A DNA stretch of 64,000 nt, taken from positions 28,894,001 through 28,958,000 of the forward strand of contig NC_086097.1 of the NCBI RefSeq assembly GCF_963921235.1. The letters are read 5' to 3'. Shown here piece by piece: positions 49,150-59,699 of the stretch (the stretch's first letter is position 1; each line of letters starts with the position of its first letter). The notes beneath the pieces were generated by a model. The model was not told the DNA's origin. It saw nothing but the letters and a program-made list of their open reading frames with translations, and did no database searches. This stretch comes from Mobula hypostoma. Its lineage: Eukaryota. The translations under genes were made by a program, and so were the position numbers.

Positions 49150-51070
49150 ATTAACTGAAACAAAAACGGCTGAAGAAACAATCAAAATTGACAAAGGACA
49201 ACCAAATTAAAAAGGGAGGCCGTGGCAGATGTGACAGTTTAACCTTCAAATCATCTATTCTTATACCACGGCAAGAGTGAGATAGAAACAAGGCACAAGG
49301 TGGTCATTCCAAGTAGAAATTTCATCGCAGACAGGAGTTTCAAGATGTGTTGTCCAAGCTCATCTGAAGAAGCACAAAGAAGCAGGCAAAGTTGAGGAAC
49401 AGAAACGTAGTGGTCGGCCACTGAAACTGAAGACGAGAGAGACATCAAACTCGAGGAAATCTGCAGGCGCTGGAAATTCAAGCAGCACACACAAGATGCT
49501 GGTGGAACGCAGCAGGCCAGACAGCATCCATAGGAAGAAGCACAGTTGACATTCCAGCCGAGACCCTTCGTCAGGACTCTAGCAATAAAGAGATCCAGAG
49601 CAGGCAGAAAACCAGAGCGGGGTGTCCATGAAGAGGAGGAGGAGGGTTGAAGATGGGAGACGGGGTCATCGGTGGGGGTGGGAGAGTCCTTGCCGAAAAG
49701 GTAGGCTCAAAGACAGAGCCGGCGGAAGAAGAGTTCAGCGTCATGGCGCACGCGGAACTCGCTGAGGTGTGGGCAAAGGGGGACAAAGGTGAGGCCCTTA
49801 CTGAGGACAGAGCGTTCTGCCTCCGACAGTTGAAGGTCGGAGGGGATGGTAAAGACCCGGCATGGATGAGAGCTGGGATCAGAGGAGGGAGGGGGAGGGA
49901 GGCTGGTAGTGTCAGTGGAGAGGGGAGGGTTGGGATGAGAGGAAGATGGAGCCTCTGAGGGCCCAGGAGCTGATGATGGGATCTGAGGGAGACAGGGTTG
50001 CAGAGTGGTGGTGGGGGAAGGGGAGACGGGAGTCACAATAGCAGCACGTGAAGACCTGACGAAGGGTCTGGGCCCGAAACGTCGACTGTGCTTCTTCCCA
50101 TGGATGCTGTCTGGCCTGCTGCATTCCACCAGCATTTTGTGTGTGTTGCAGACATCAGACTGATGTCCCTTCTAAATCAGAAGAAGTGCAGCGCTGTTAT
50201 CAGCTCTGATCTCACAGAAACCACTGGAACCCAAGTACACCCCTCTACAGTATGGAGAAGTCTTATCAGAAGTGGTCTTCATGGAAGAATTGCTGCCCAA
50301 AAGCCATTCCCTTGAAGTGGAAACAAAGCCAAGAGACTCACCTACAAAAACACAAACACTTGAGTGCTGAACAATGGCAGTAAGCGCTCTAGACTGACGA
50401 GTCAAAATTTTGGAATTTTTAGCTGAAACAGGAGATAATTTGTCCGTAGAAGCACTGGAGAGTGTGACATGGACGAGTGCCTGCAGCCAACAGTGAAGCA
50501 CAGTGGAGATTCCCTGCAGGTCTGGGGCTACGTTTCTGAAAATGGAGTTGGTAATCTGGTCAGAATTAATGGAATCCTCAGTGATGAGAAGTACAACCAG
50601 GTTGTCGTCCATTACACAATACCATCAGGGAGGCATTGGACTGGTCCCAACTTCATTCTGCAACAGAGCAATGACACAAAATACACGGCCAAGGTCATAA
50701 AGAACTACCTTCAGTGAAAAGGAGAACAAGGAGTTCTGCATCAGATGGTATGTCTTCTACAGTCCTGAGCTCAACATCGTTGAGACTGTCTGGGATTACC
50801 TGGAGAGACAGAAGTAAACGAGACAGCCGCATTCTGCAGAAGAATTGTGACAAGTTCTTCAAGATGCTTGCAACAACCTACCAGGGGTGATGTTCTTATA
50901 AAACTGCTCAACAGTGTACCTAAGAGAATTTATGCAGTTTTAAAGGCAAAGTGTGGTCACACCAAATAATGATCTGATTATAGGAATTTAGAAACTTCTA
51001 ATTTCGTTATTTTTAAAGCATCATCGCTTTACATAATTTTTTTACGTGTGCTCAAGACTTTTGCTGAGCC
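49150..51070 (+). mobile_element. Second, decayed Tc1-like transposon interrupted by the Penelope insertion
   Basis: VHPSTVWRSLIRSGLHGR and ECLQPTVKHSGDSLQVWG motifs; TIR-like right end near 51045-51070; left TIR not found. Confidence 0.8.
49452..50149 (-). mobile_element. Rearranged Penelope-like insertion: N-terminal ORF fragment flanked by inverted hammerhead-bearing terminal repeats
   Basis: LSEAERSVLSKGLTFVP motif; inverted repeats 49452-49578 and 50053-50149 (the plus copy has an intact CTGACGA...GAAACGTC core); 12-bp TSD agacatca(a/g)act at 49440-49451 / 50150-50161. Confidence 0.88.
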
Positions 51071-51579
51071 TTTTATAAAAGCGGAATCAGGTTTATTATC
51101 ACTGACATATGTCATGAAATTTGTTGCTTTGCAGGAGCAGAGGGAATGCTCATGCTTGATGATTGCGTTCTTTATGTAGGTTTTTTTTAATGCTGCATCG
51201 GATCCGGAGTATTCTCCTTTACACTCATGTGCTGATGAATGACAATAAACAATCCTGAGTCTTGAATCTTATTAGTCTAACTTTGACATCCATTCATGAC
51301 ATCGAGTGGTCCCCAAACTTGCAAGGTTCATTGTTTGCCCTAGAGCTATTGACTCTTCCTTCCTGCTTGTAGCTTCGAATCCCATTCCGAAACAAACTGA
51401 TATCTTTTGATCAGAGCATTCCATCCCAGATTTTGATCAAGCACATCTGGCTGCTGTCTTGTTGTTGAAGTTATATTATATGCAAGGAACACCAATGAAG
51501 GGAAAGGGGCAGATTAAAAGATAATGTGCATTGCAAACAATGTCAACCATAAATCATTCAACTCTTTGTACAACTATGC

Positions 51580-52135
51580 CGTCTATTACCTAATTCCTAA
51601 TACAACTGCTCATTAATGCAAGTATCAACTTAGCCAATCATGTGGTAGCAACTCAATGCATGGAAGCAAGCAGACATGGTCAAGAGGTTCAGTTGTTGTT
51701 CAGACCAAACATCAGAATGGGGAAGAAATGTGATCTAAGTGACTTTGACTGTGGAATGTTTGTTGGTGCCAGATGGGGTGGTTTGAATATCTCACAAATC
51801 GCAGATCTGGGATTTTCACACATAGCAGTCTCTGGAGTTTACAGAGAATGATTGCGAAAGCAAAAGGAAAAACAATGAGCAGCAGTTCTATGGGTTGAAA
51901 TGTCTTGTTAATGAGAGAGGCCAATGGCCAGACTGGCTTAAGCTGACAGGAAGGCAACAGTAACTTGAATAACCAAGTGTTACAGCATTGGTGTGCTGAA
52001 GAGCATCTCTGAATGCACAGAACATTGAACCTTGAAGTGTATGGGCTTCAGCAGCAGAAGACCACAAACTTACAGAAATATTCTCAGTGGCCACTTTAGT
52101 AGGTACATCCTGTACCTAATAAAGTGGCCACTAGA
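51580..52135 (+). mobile_element. Tc1/mariner-derived non-autonomous element ending in a TIR palindrome
   Basis: MGKKCDLSDFDCGMFVGARWGGLNISQIAD; palindrome at 52086-52132. Confidence 0.78.
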
Positions 52136-52270
52136 TGTCCATGTAAATGCACTGGGTGAATAAAGTTGATCGTTGAACACTTACAGAGAAAGCAAGCAAT
52201 ACGGTCTCCAAACAAAAATAACCCAGTTGGAAATAGGAATATTTTACCAAAAGTTTTCCTCTTTACTTAC

Positions 52271-52320
52271 AGATAAAACGTCATCAAAAAATGCAGCATC
52301 ACTGTTGGTGAATTTGTTTC
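52271..52320 (-). CDS. LRRC74A: LRRC74A-like exon (50 nt): (G)NKFTNSDAAFFDDVLS
   Basis: ccactttcag|GA ... TCT|gtaagt; phase 1 to 0; too short for the ORF track. Confidence 0.85.
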
Positions 52321-53302
52321 CTGAAAGTGGGAGATAAAAGGAATAAAGGTGGTATATTGTAGAAATTACCCTGGGGCTTCATTCAAAGTCAAAGTCAAAT
52401 TTATTTTCAAAGTAGTTTACAAGTTTGTTACCAAATATTACCTTGAGATTCATTTTCTTATAGTCATTTACAGGAATATAAGGAAATACAATCAAATTTA
52501 TGAATAATTACTGTGCACATAAACAAAGACTGACAAACAACTAATGGGCAAAAGAAGACAATTACTGCAGATAAAAAAGTACTGAGAACATGAGTTGCAA
52601 AGGATCCTTGGAAGTGAGTCTGAAGATTGTGGAGTCAGTTCAGGTGAGTGGAGTTAACCGCACTAGTTCAGGAGTCTGATGGTTGAAGAGTAATAACTGT
52701 TCCTGAACCTGGTGGTGTGCGACCTGTACCTCTTTTCCAATGGTAGTAATGAGAAGAGAGCATGGCCTGGCTGGTGGAGTCCTTGATGATAGATGCTACT
52801 TTCTTGTGGCAATGTTCCATGTCAATGTGCCCAGCTCAGTGAATGACCTGGTTATTATAGATTGAACTTATTTTCCCCCAATTTCAGATCCCCTTGCCTC
52901 CCATGTTATCCCCTCTCTCCTTCTGATCCACCTGTACTCTCCCACTTTTATTCCTTTTCCCATACTCTCTATTCCTATATTATCCTTTCTGGTCCATCTG
53001 TCTACTTCCCACACTTCACTCTCCCTGCTTGTTAACATCTGTTGGATTGAGATGTCGAAGTGTTTCTTTTTGTAGCTTAACTTTCCTATGCTTGCTTGTA
53101 TTTTTATCTAATCATCTATATGCATGCAATTGTCCAGTAAATTTTCCAGTAATTACAGTACAGTTGCTTCTCTGTTTTTCTAGAAGCTTCTTAGTTTCCA
53201 GTAGAAGGATTCACACCACTTGATTCTGGCTATTTTATAGGTTAATTGTTATCACTGGAATTCTTGGTGTGAAAAATTCCATTGGTTGTCATTGGAACAC
53301 TC

Positions 53303-53484
53303 ACAAAATGCTGGAGGAACTCAGCAGGCCAGGCAGCATCTATGGAGAGGAATAAACAGTTGTTGTTTCAGGTCCCGACCCTATATCAGAACTAGTCTGA
53401 TGAAGGGTGTCAGCCCCAAAATATTGACTGTTTATTCCTGTCCATGGATGCTATCTGACCTGCTGAGTTCCTCCAGCATTTTGT
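53303..53484. repeat. Head-to-head palindrome of two Penelope terminal repeats
   Basis: acaaaatgctggaggaactcagcagg ... cctgctgagttcctccagcattttgt with centre actagt at 53391-53396; both hammerhead cores degenerate. Confidence 0.85.
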
Positions 53485-53899
53485 ATGTACTACAGTGGTA
53501 ATAAACCTCATTCAGATTCTGAGAAGACAGCAAGGTTTGGTGTGGAAAAGACCTAAACAATGACACATCTAACTCAAACATTCAAAGTTCAAAGTAAATT
53601 TATTATCAATGTCCATATATGTCACCTTTACAACACTGAGATTCGTTTTTTCACAGTCATACTCAATAATTCCAATAACCATAATAAAATCAATAAAAGA
53701 CCACACCCAGCAGGGCTGACAATAAGTGTGAAAAATACAACAAACTGTATAAATACAAAAGGAAAACATAGAAATAATAATAATAATAATAATAAATAAA
53801 TAATCAATAAGTAATGAGAACATGAGATGAAGAGTCCTTGAAAGTGTGTTGTCCATAGGTTGTGGGAACAGTTCGGTGATGGGGCAAGTGAAGTTGAAT

Positions 53900-54807
53900 T
53901 GTTACGTACCCCGTAATTGGGTTGCCAAACCAGCAGAAATGGATCACTCAGTTGGAGTCTGGATTACTGGAACTAAGAAAGTTTTATTAAAGAAATAAGC
54001 AACACAGTACTCTAATCAAAAGGATAATAAATGCAACAGTTCAGCAATGATAAACACACATGTACACAGAATTAGAATAACAGGATCAATCAAGCTCTAT
54101 CGTCATCTAGGGGTAAATGACCAGTTTCAAAGTGACGCAAAGTTCAGTTCAATTGAGTTCAGTTCAGTTCACAGTAATCACTGCCGTGGCGATGGACGGG
54201 GCGGGGGGGGGGAAGGAGGGAGAGAGCAAAAACGAATGAATATTCAAACGGCTTCCACACAGACCTTTGATATTCTTCGCAGTCAGCTTTCGGGCGAGCC
54301 CTTTGTGATGTCTTCTGAGGTCACCGACTGTGACTCCTCCGTTTCCTGATACGATTGTTTCTCTGCGGTGAACCTGGCACCCAGGCAAGGGCGGACACAC
54401 ACCAGGTTCCCGCCGATCGTACCTTTCCACCCTGTGCGTCTATGGCTTGGTCCCGCGACCAGCCCTCCAAAACTCCCACCAACTTGTGGGAGGTGCACCG
54501 CTTCCAGGGTCTCGTTACCTCGTGGTGTCATGTGTGTCTTGCCTTAGCGAACCTGTCCCTTTTTATCCCCCTGCTGGGGTATCGCCTGTCCATCACTTCA
54601 AACAGTTCAGGGTTCAAAGAGGGAGCCGATCTTGACAGCTCTCTCCTTCCGTTAAACTCTCCCGTCCCTTCATTAACATCTCCAAATGCTGCTCCATTGT
54701 TTTCCTTATCTCTCTTTCTCCTGAAGACAGGTGGCAGACCAACTGCTGATCCCACTGGTGCCAGCACAGGACAGCTAACATCTTAATCTATGTGTACTCT
54801 CATCACA
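53900..54807 (-). mobile_element. Solo LTR (908 bp) related to 28351-29181, opposite orientation
   Basis: Minus strand TGTGATG...GGGGTACGTAACA; shares ccatttctgctgg; TSD gaat (53896-53899 / 54808-54811). Confidence 0.88.
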
Positions 54808-56347
54808 GAATGAAGACTGGTTCAAAAGCCTGATGGATGAGGGGTTACAGCTATTCCTGAACCTGGTGGTGTGGGTCCTGAGGCTCCTGTGCCTTCTTCC
54901 TGATGGCAGCAGTGAGAAGAGAGCATGGTCTGGGTGGTGGGGGTCCCTGATGATGGATGCTGCTTTCCTACGACAACACTTTGTGTCGATCTGCTCAATG
55001 CTGGGGAGAGCTTTACCCGTGATGGACTGGGCTGTATCTACTACTTTTTTTTAAATCAAAGTTTTGACAAAGTTTGTCAAAGTTTTAGACATCATGGCAA
55101 ATCTTCGCAAGCTTCCAAGGAAGTAGAGGTGTTGCCGTGCTTTCTTCAAAATTGCACTTGCAGGCTGGGCCCAGAGTAGGTCCTCTGAAATGATAACACT
55201 GATCCTCTCCACCCCTCATCCCCTGATGAAGATTGCCTCCTGAACCCTCCAGTTTCCTCCTCCGGAAGTCAGTAATCAGCTCCTTGGTCTTGCTGACATT
55301 GAGTGAGAGGTTGTTGTTGAGGCTCCACTCAGCTGGATTTTCAATCTCCCTCCTCTACGTTGATTCAGCCAATGACAATGGTGTCATCAGCAAACTGAAA
55401 TATGGCATTGGAGCTGTGCTTAGTCTCACAGTCATAAGTGTAAAGCCAGTAGATCTGGAGGCTAAGCACACAGTCATGTGGTATACCTGTGCCAAGGAGA
55501 TTGTATTCTGGTAAGAATACAAGTAGTAACGTGGGAATGAACTCCTCTGCAGGTTTGGAATTAAACACAATACACACAGATCTGCTGGCTGGTCCAAGTA
55601 TTAGTGGCCCTAACAGTTTCTACTTTCTCAGTCTCCAATGTTCTGCCTGATCAGCTGTCAGTGGACAGTGTAGTAAGTAGGTTCAGACTCAGATTAATTT
55701 CCTTATCATGTTTACACTGAAACAGAAAGCAAAATGCTTTGTTTGCCTTACCAGCTAAGGATGTGCCAGGAGGGCCTGCAAGTGTTGCCACACATCCTGG
55801 CACCAGCATAGCAAACCCACGATGCTCAGCAGAACAACACAAGCAGCAGCAACAACAGCAAAATAAGCCCCTTTCCTCCCTCCCAGCCACCCAGCCATGC
55901 CCTTCTCTTGTTGCTGGCATCGGGAAGGAGATCCAGGAGCTCTAGGTTCCACAGCACCAGGTTCAGGAACAATTATTACCTCTCAACCATCAGGCTCCTG
56001 AAGCAACATGGGTAACTTCACTCACCTCAACACTGAACTGACTCCAGAACCTGTAGACTTATTTTCAGACATTACAACTCATGTTCTCAGTATTATTTAT
56101 TCACTTATTTTTTAATTTGCACAGTTTGTCTTATTTTGCACATTGGTTGTTTGTCTGTCTTTGATTATGTATAGTTTTTCATTAATTCCACTGTATTTAA
56201 TTTTTCCTCTCTCCCTTCCCATCCCCCACTCTCCCCAACCTCTCCCCCTTCCCCTCTCTCCCCCTCCCCCCTCCCCCTCTAATCCCAGGCGAGGCCAGGG
56301 ATTCACAGACGTTACAGTAAATAAGAATGTACACTTGCGGTGTTTAC

Positions 56348-56441
56348 CTGCCACCTTGATGCACTTGAGAGAGATGTTGAGTGGAAGCTTTCTGCACAGC
56401 ACCTTTGCTCCCTGAGTCCGCAGCTCATTGTTGGACAAGTT
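56348..56441 (-). CDS. LRRC74A: LRRC74A-like gene, first visible coding exon (94 nt): NLSNNELRTQGAKVLCRKLPLNISLKCIKVA(G)
   Basis: Acceptor ctgttacag|AAC, donor GCAG|gtaaac; RI-like LRR; phase 0 to 1 matches the next exon; resembles the remembered LRRC74A segment NISNNHLGLEGA...SLELSG. Confidence 0.85.
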
Positions 56442-56674
56442 CTGTAACAGTGGGGATTGATATGGCAGAGCATGGGAGTGCAGGGGGTAGATTTATATCC
56501 GGAAATTTTTATCATTTATAACAGGAAAAGCTTTCTACGGTTGCCAATGCAATGACTTACATCCTTTCCAATGGAGTCACCAAAAGCAAAAGATTGATGT
56601 AGTATCCTTCATGACCACAGGAGGTGCCAAAAGACTTTCCAGCTAATAAATCCAGCTAGATTTTAGAATATAGA

Positions 56675-57398
56675 TCATAGAACATAGAAATCTACAGCAC
56701 ATTACAGGCCCTTCGGCCCACAATGTTGTGCTGACCATGTAACCTACTCTAGAAACTGCCTGGAATTTCCCTACTGCATAGCCCTCTATTTTTCTAAGCT
56801 CCACGTACCAATCTAAGAGTCCCTTAAAAGACCCTATTGTATTTGCTTCCACCACCATCACTGGCAGCCCATTCCACGCACCCACCACTCTGTGTGTGAA
56901 ATACTTACCCTGAATCCCCCCATACCTATTTCTAAACACCTTAAAACTGTGCCCTCTCATGCTAGCTATTTCAGCCCTGGGAAAAAGCCTCTGACTATCC
57001 ACACAATCCATGCCTCTCATCATCTTATACACCTCTTTCAGGTCACCTCTCATCCTCCGTCACTCCAAGGAGAAAAGGCCGAGTTCACTCAACCTATTCT
57101 CATAGGGCACGTTCTCCAATCCTTGTAAATCTCCTCTGCAATTTCTCTACAGTATCCACAACCTTCTTGTAGTGGGGTGACCAGAACTGAACACAGTACT
57201 CCAAGTGAGGGCTGACCAAGGTTTTATACAGCTGTAACATTACCTCATGGCTCTTGAACTCAATCCCATGGTTGATGAAGCCCAACACAAAATACACCTT
57301 GTGAACAAAACTGTTAACCTGCGCAGCAGCTTTGAGTGTCCCATGGACACAGATCCCAAGATCTCTCTGATCCTCCACACTGCCAAGAGTCTTACCAT
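56675..57398 (-). mobile_element. CR1 LINE 3' fragment
   Basis: [19 protein letters not shown]; (catagaa)n tail. Confidence 0.9.
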
Positions 57399-57429
57399 TG
57401 GGGGGGGGTGGGGAGAAGAGAGAGAGGGT

Positions 57430-58925
57430 GGGGGGGGAGAGAGGGGGTGGAACGAGTGAACAGTCACAAGGCTGCGGGACTGGACGGTATCCCAGGGTGA
57501 GTTCTCAGGATGTGCACGGCACAACTGGCAGGTGTGTTTACAGACATTTTTAATCTCTCCCTCTCCCAGTGTAGAGTGCCCTCCTGCTTCAAAACATCCA
57601 CCATTGTCCCTGTACCTAAAATGACCAAGGTAACATGTCTGAATGACTGGCGTCCTGTCGCACTCACCTCAATAATAAGCAAATGCTCTGAGAGGCTGGT
57701 CAAGGACTACATCTGCAGCTTGTTACCACCCACACTGGACCCCCTACAATTCGCCTACCGACACAACTGATCGACAGATGATGCAATAGCCACAGTTCTT
57801 CACACTGTCCTTACACATCTGGAGAAGAGGATGCTCAGGTGAGAATGCTGTTCTTGGCGTAAAGTTCAGCATTTAACACCATAATTCCCTCCAGGCTCGA
57901 TAAGAAGCTCGGAGACCTCGGCTTTGACCCCACCTTGTGCAGCCGGAACCTGGACTTCCTGTCAGGCTCACCTCCAACCCTCTGACACAGGAGTGCCCCA
58001 GGACTGTGTCCTAAGCCCCCTCTTTTATTCTTTGTATACCCATGACTCTGTCGCCATCCACAGCTCCAATCTGCTAATTAAATTTGTTGACGATACTACA
58101 TTGATTGGCCTTATCTCAAATAATGACGAGGCAGCCGACAGAAAAGAAGTCATCACCCTGACACAGTGGTGTCAAGAAAACAACCTCTCCCTCAATGTCA
58201 CAAAAACAAAGGAGCTGGTTGTGGACTACAGGAGGAATGGAGACAGGCTAACCCCTATTGACGTCGAAGGATATGGGGTTGAGAGCTTTAAAATTCCTCA
58301 GTATACACATCACCAAGGACCTCACTTGGTCTGTACATACTGGCAGTATGGTGGAAAAAGCACAACAGCACCTCTTTCACCTCAGAATAAGTTCGGCATG
58401 AGTCCCAATATCCTGAGAACTTTCTACAGGGGCACGATTGAGAGCATCCTGACTGCCTGCATCACTGCCTGGTATGGGAACTGTACGTCCTTCAATCGCA
58501 GGACTCTGCAGAGAGTGGTGTGGACAGCCCAGCGCATCTGTAGATGTGAACTTCCCACTATTCAGGACATTTAAATTGACAAGGCCCAAAGGATCATTGA
58601 GGATCCAAGTCACCCCAACCACAAACTGTTCTAGCTGCTACCATCCGGGAAACGGTACCACAGCATAAAAGCCAGGACCAACAGGCTCCAGGACAGCTTT
58701 TTTCCACCAGGCCATCAGACTGATTAATTCACACTGACACAATCGGATTTCTAAGCTATATTGACTGTTCTGTTGTGGATCTTACTACACATACTATTTA
58801 TTACAAATTACTATAATTTGCACATTGCACATTCAGTCAGAGACGTAATGTAAAAATTTTAGTCCTCATGTATGTGAAAGATATAAGGAATAAAGTCAAT
58901 TCAATTCGACTCAGTTCAGTTCAAT
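57430..58925 (+). mobile_element. 5'-truncated Rex1/Babar-like LINE
   Basis: [20 protein letters not shown] and WCQENNLSLN motifs; (tcaat)n-like tail. Confidence 0.9.
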
Positions 58926-58929
58926 GGAG

Positions 58930-59420
58930 TTGGCTGCACTTCCTGCAGGTGTAGTCACCAGTGAGACCATTAGGTTCCATGAATTCCCACATCCCACAGG
59001 AGGAGCATTCCACTGCCATATCTGCCATCCTGCCTGAACTGTACTATAGGCAACCAGGACCAAATCAGCAATAACGAAAGGAAAAACCTACCCTTCTTAC
59101 CCGTTTCTCTGGCCTCACCCTCTTCTCATCAAAGCCTCTAAGTTCCCACTCTGACTCTAGCCCCACTCCAACGATGGCTGCTCCACTAGAATTTTTTGAA
59201 CCATAATCTCTCTATTATAGTTCAAAAAATAAGAAAAAGCCCCACGCAAGGAGAAAGAAATCATCGTATTTGGTGGTGCTCAACCTGCCTTCCGCTGCCA
59301 CCAATATCTCTGATGCTTCCCGCGCCTGTGCATTAGCTACTGTTTTTAAGAAAAACCCCCCACGCAAGGAGAAAGAACTCACTGCCTTTAGTGGTGCTCT
59401 GCTTGCCTGTTTTAACAACT
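58930..59420 (-). mobile_element. CR1 5' UTR / ORF1 N-terminal fragment
   Basis: MAVECSSCGMWEF...DYTCRKC zinc-finger-like start; duplicated 5' motif ccccacgcaaggagaaagaa at ~59240 and ~59358. Confidence 0.65.
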
Positions 59421-59699
59421 GTGACAAGTGGGACGTGTAGCCGTCAGTTTGTCCCCTCTGAGAAACACCAATGCGATAAAGATAAATGAGGGAAAATATT
59501 GACCAACTCTTTGGGAATCAGTCTCCTGCTTCCTAATCATACCCTGAGTTTTTTTTACATCCAGTTGAGAGATGCTTGGTCTGACTCGGAGATAGAAGAG
59601 ACGGCAGATGCTGGAAAAGAACATAGAACACTACAGCAGAGTACGGGCCCTCTGATTCACAACGTTGTGCAGACCTTTTAACGGAATACAGCAAGAGAT

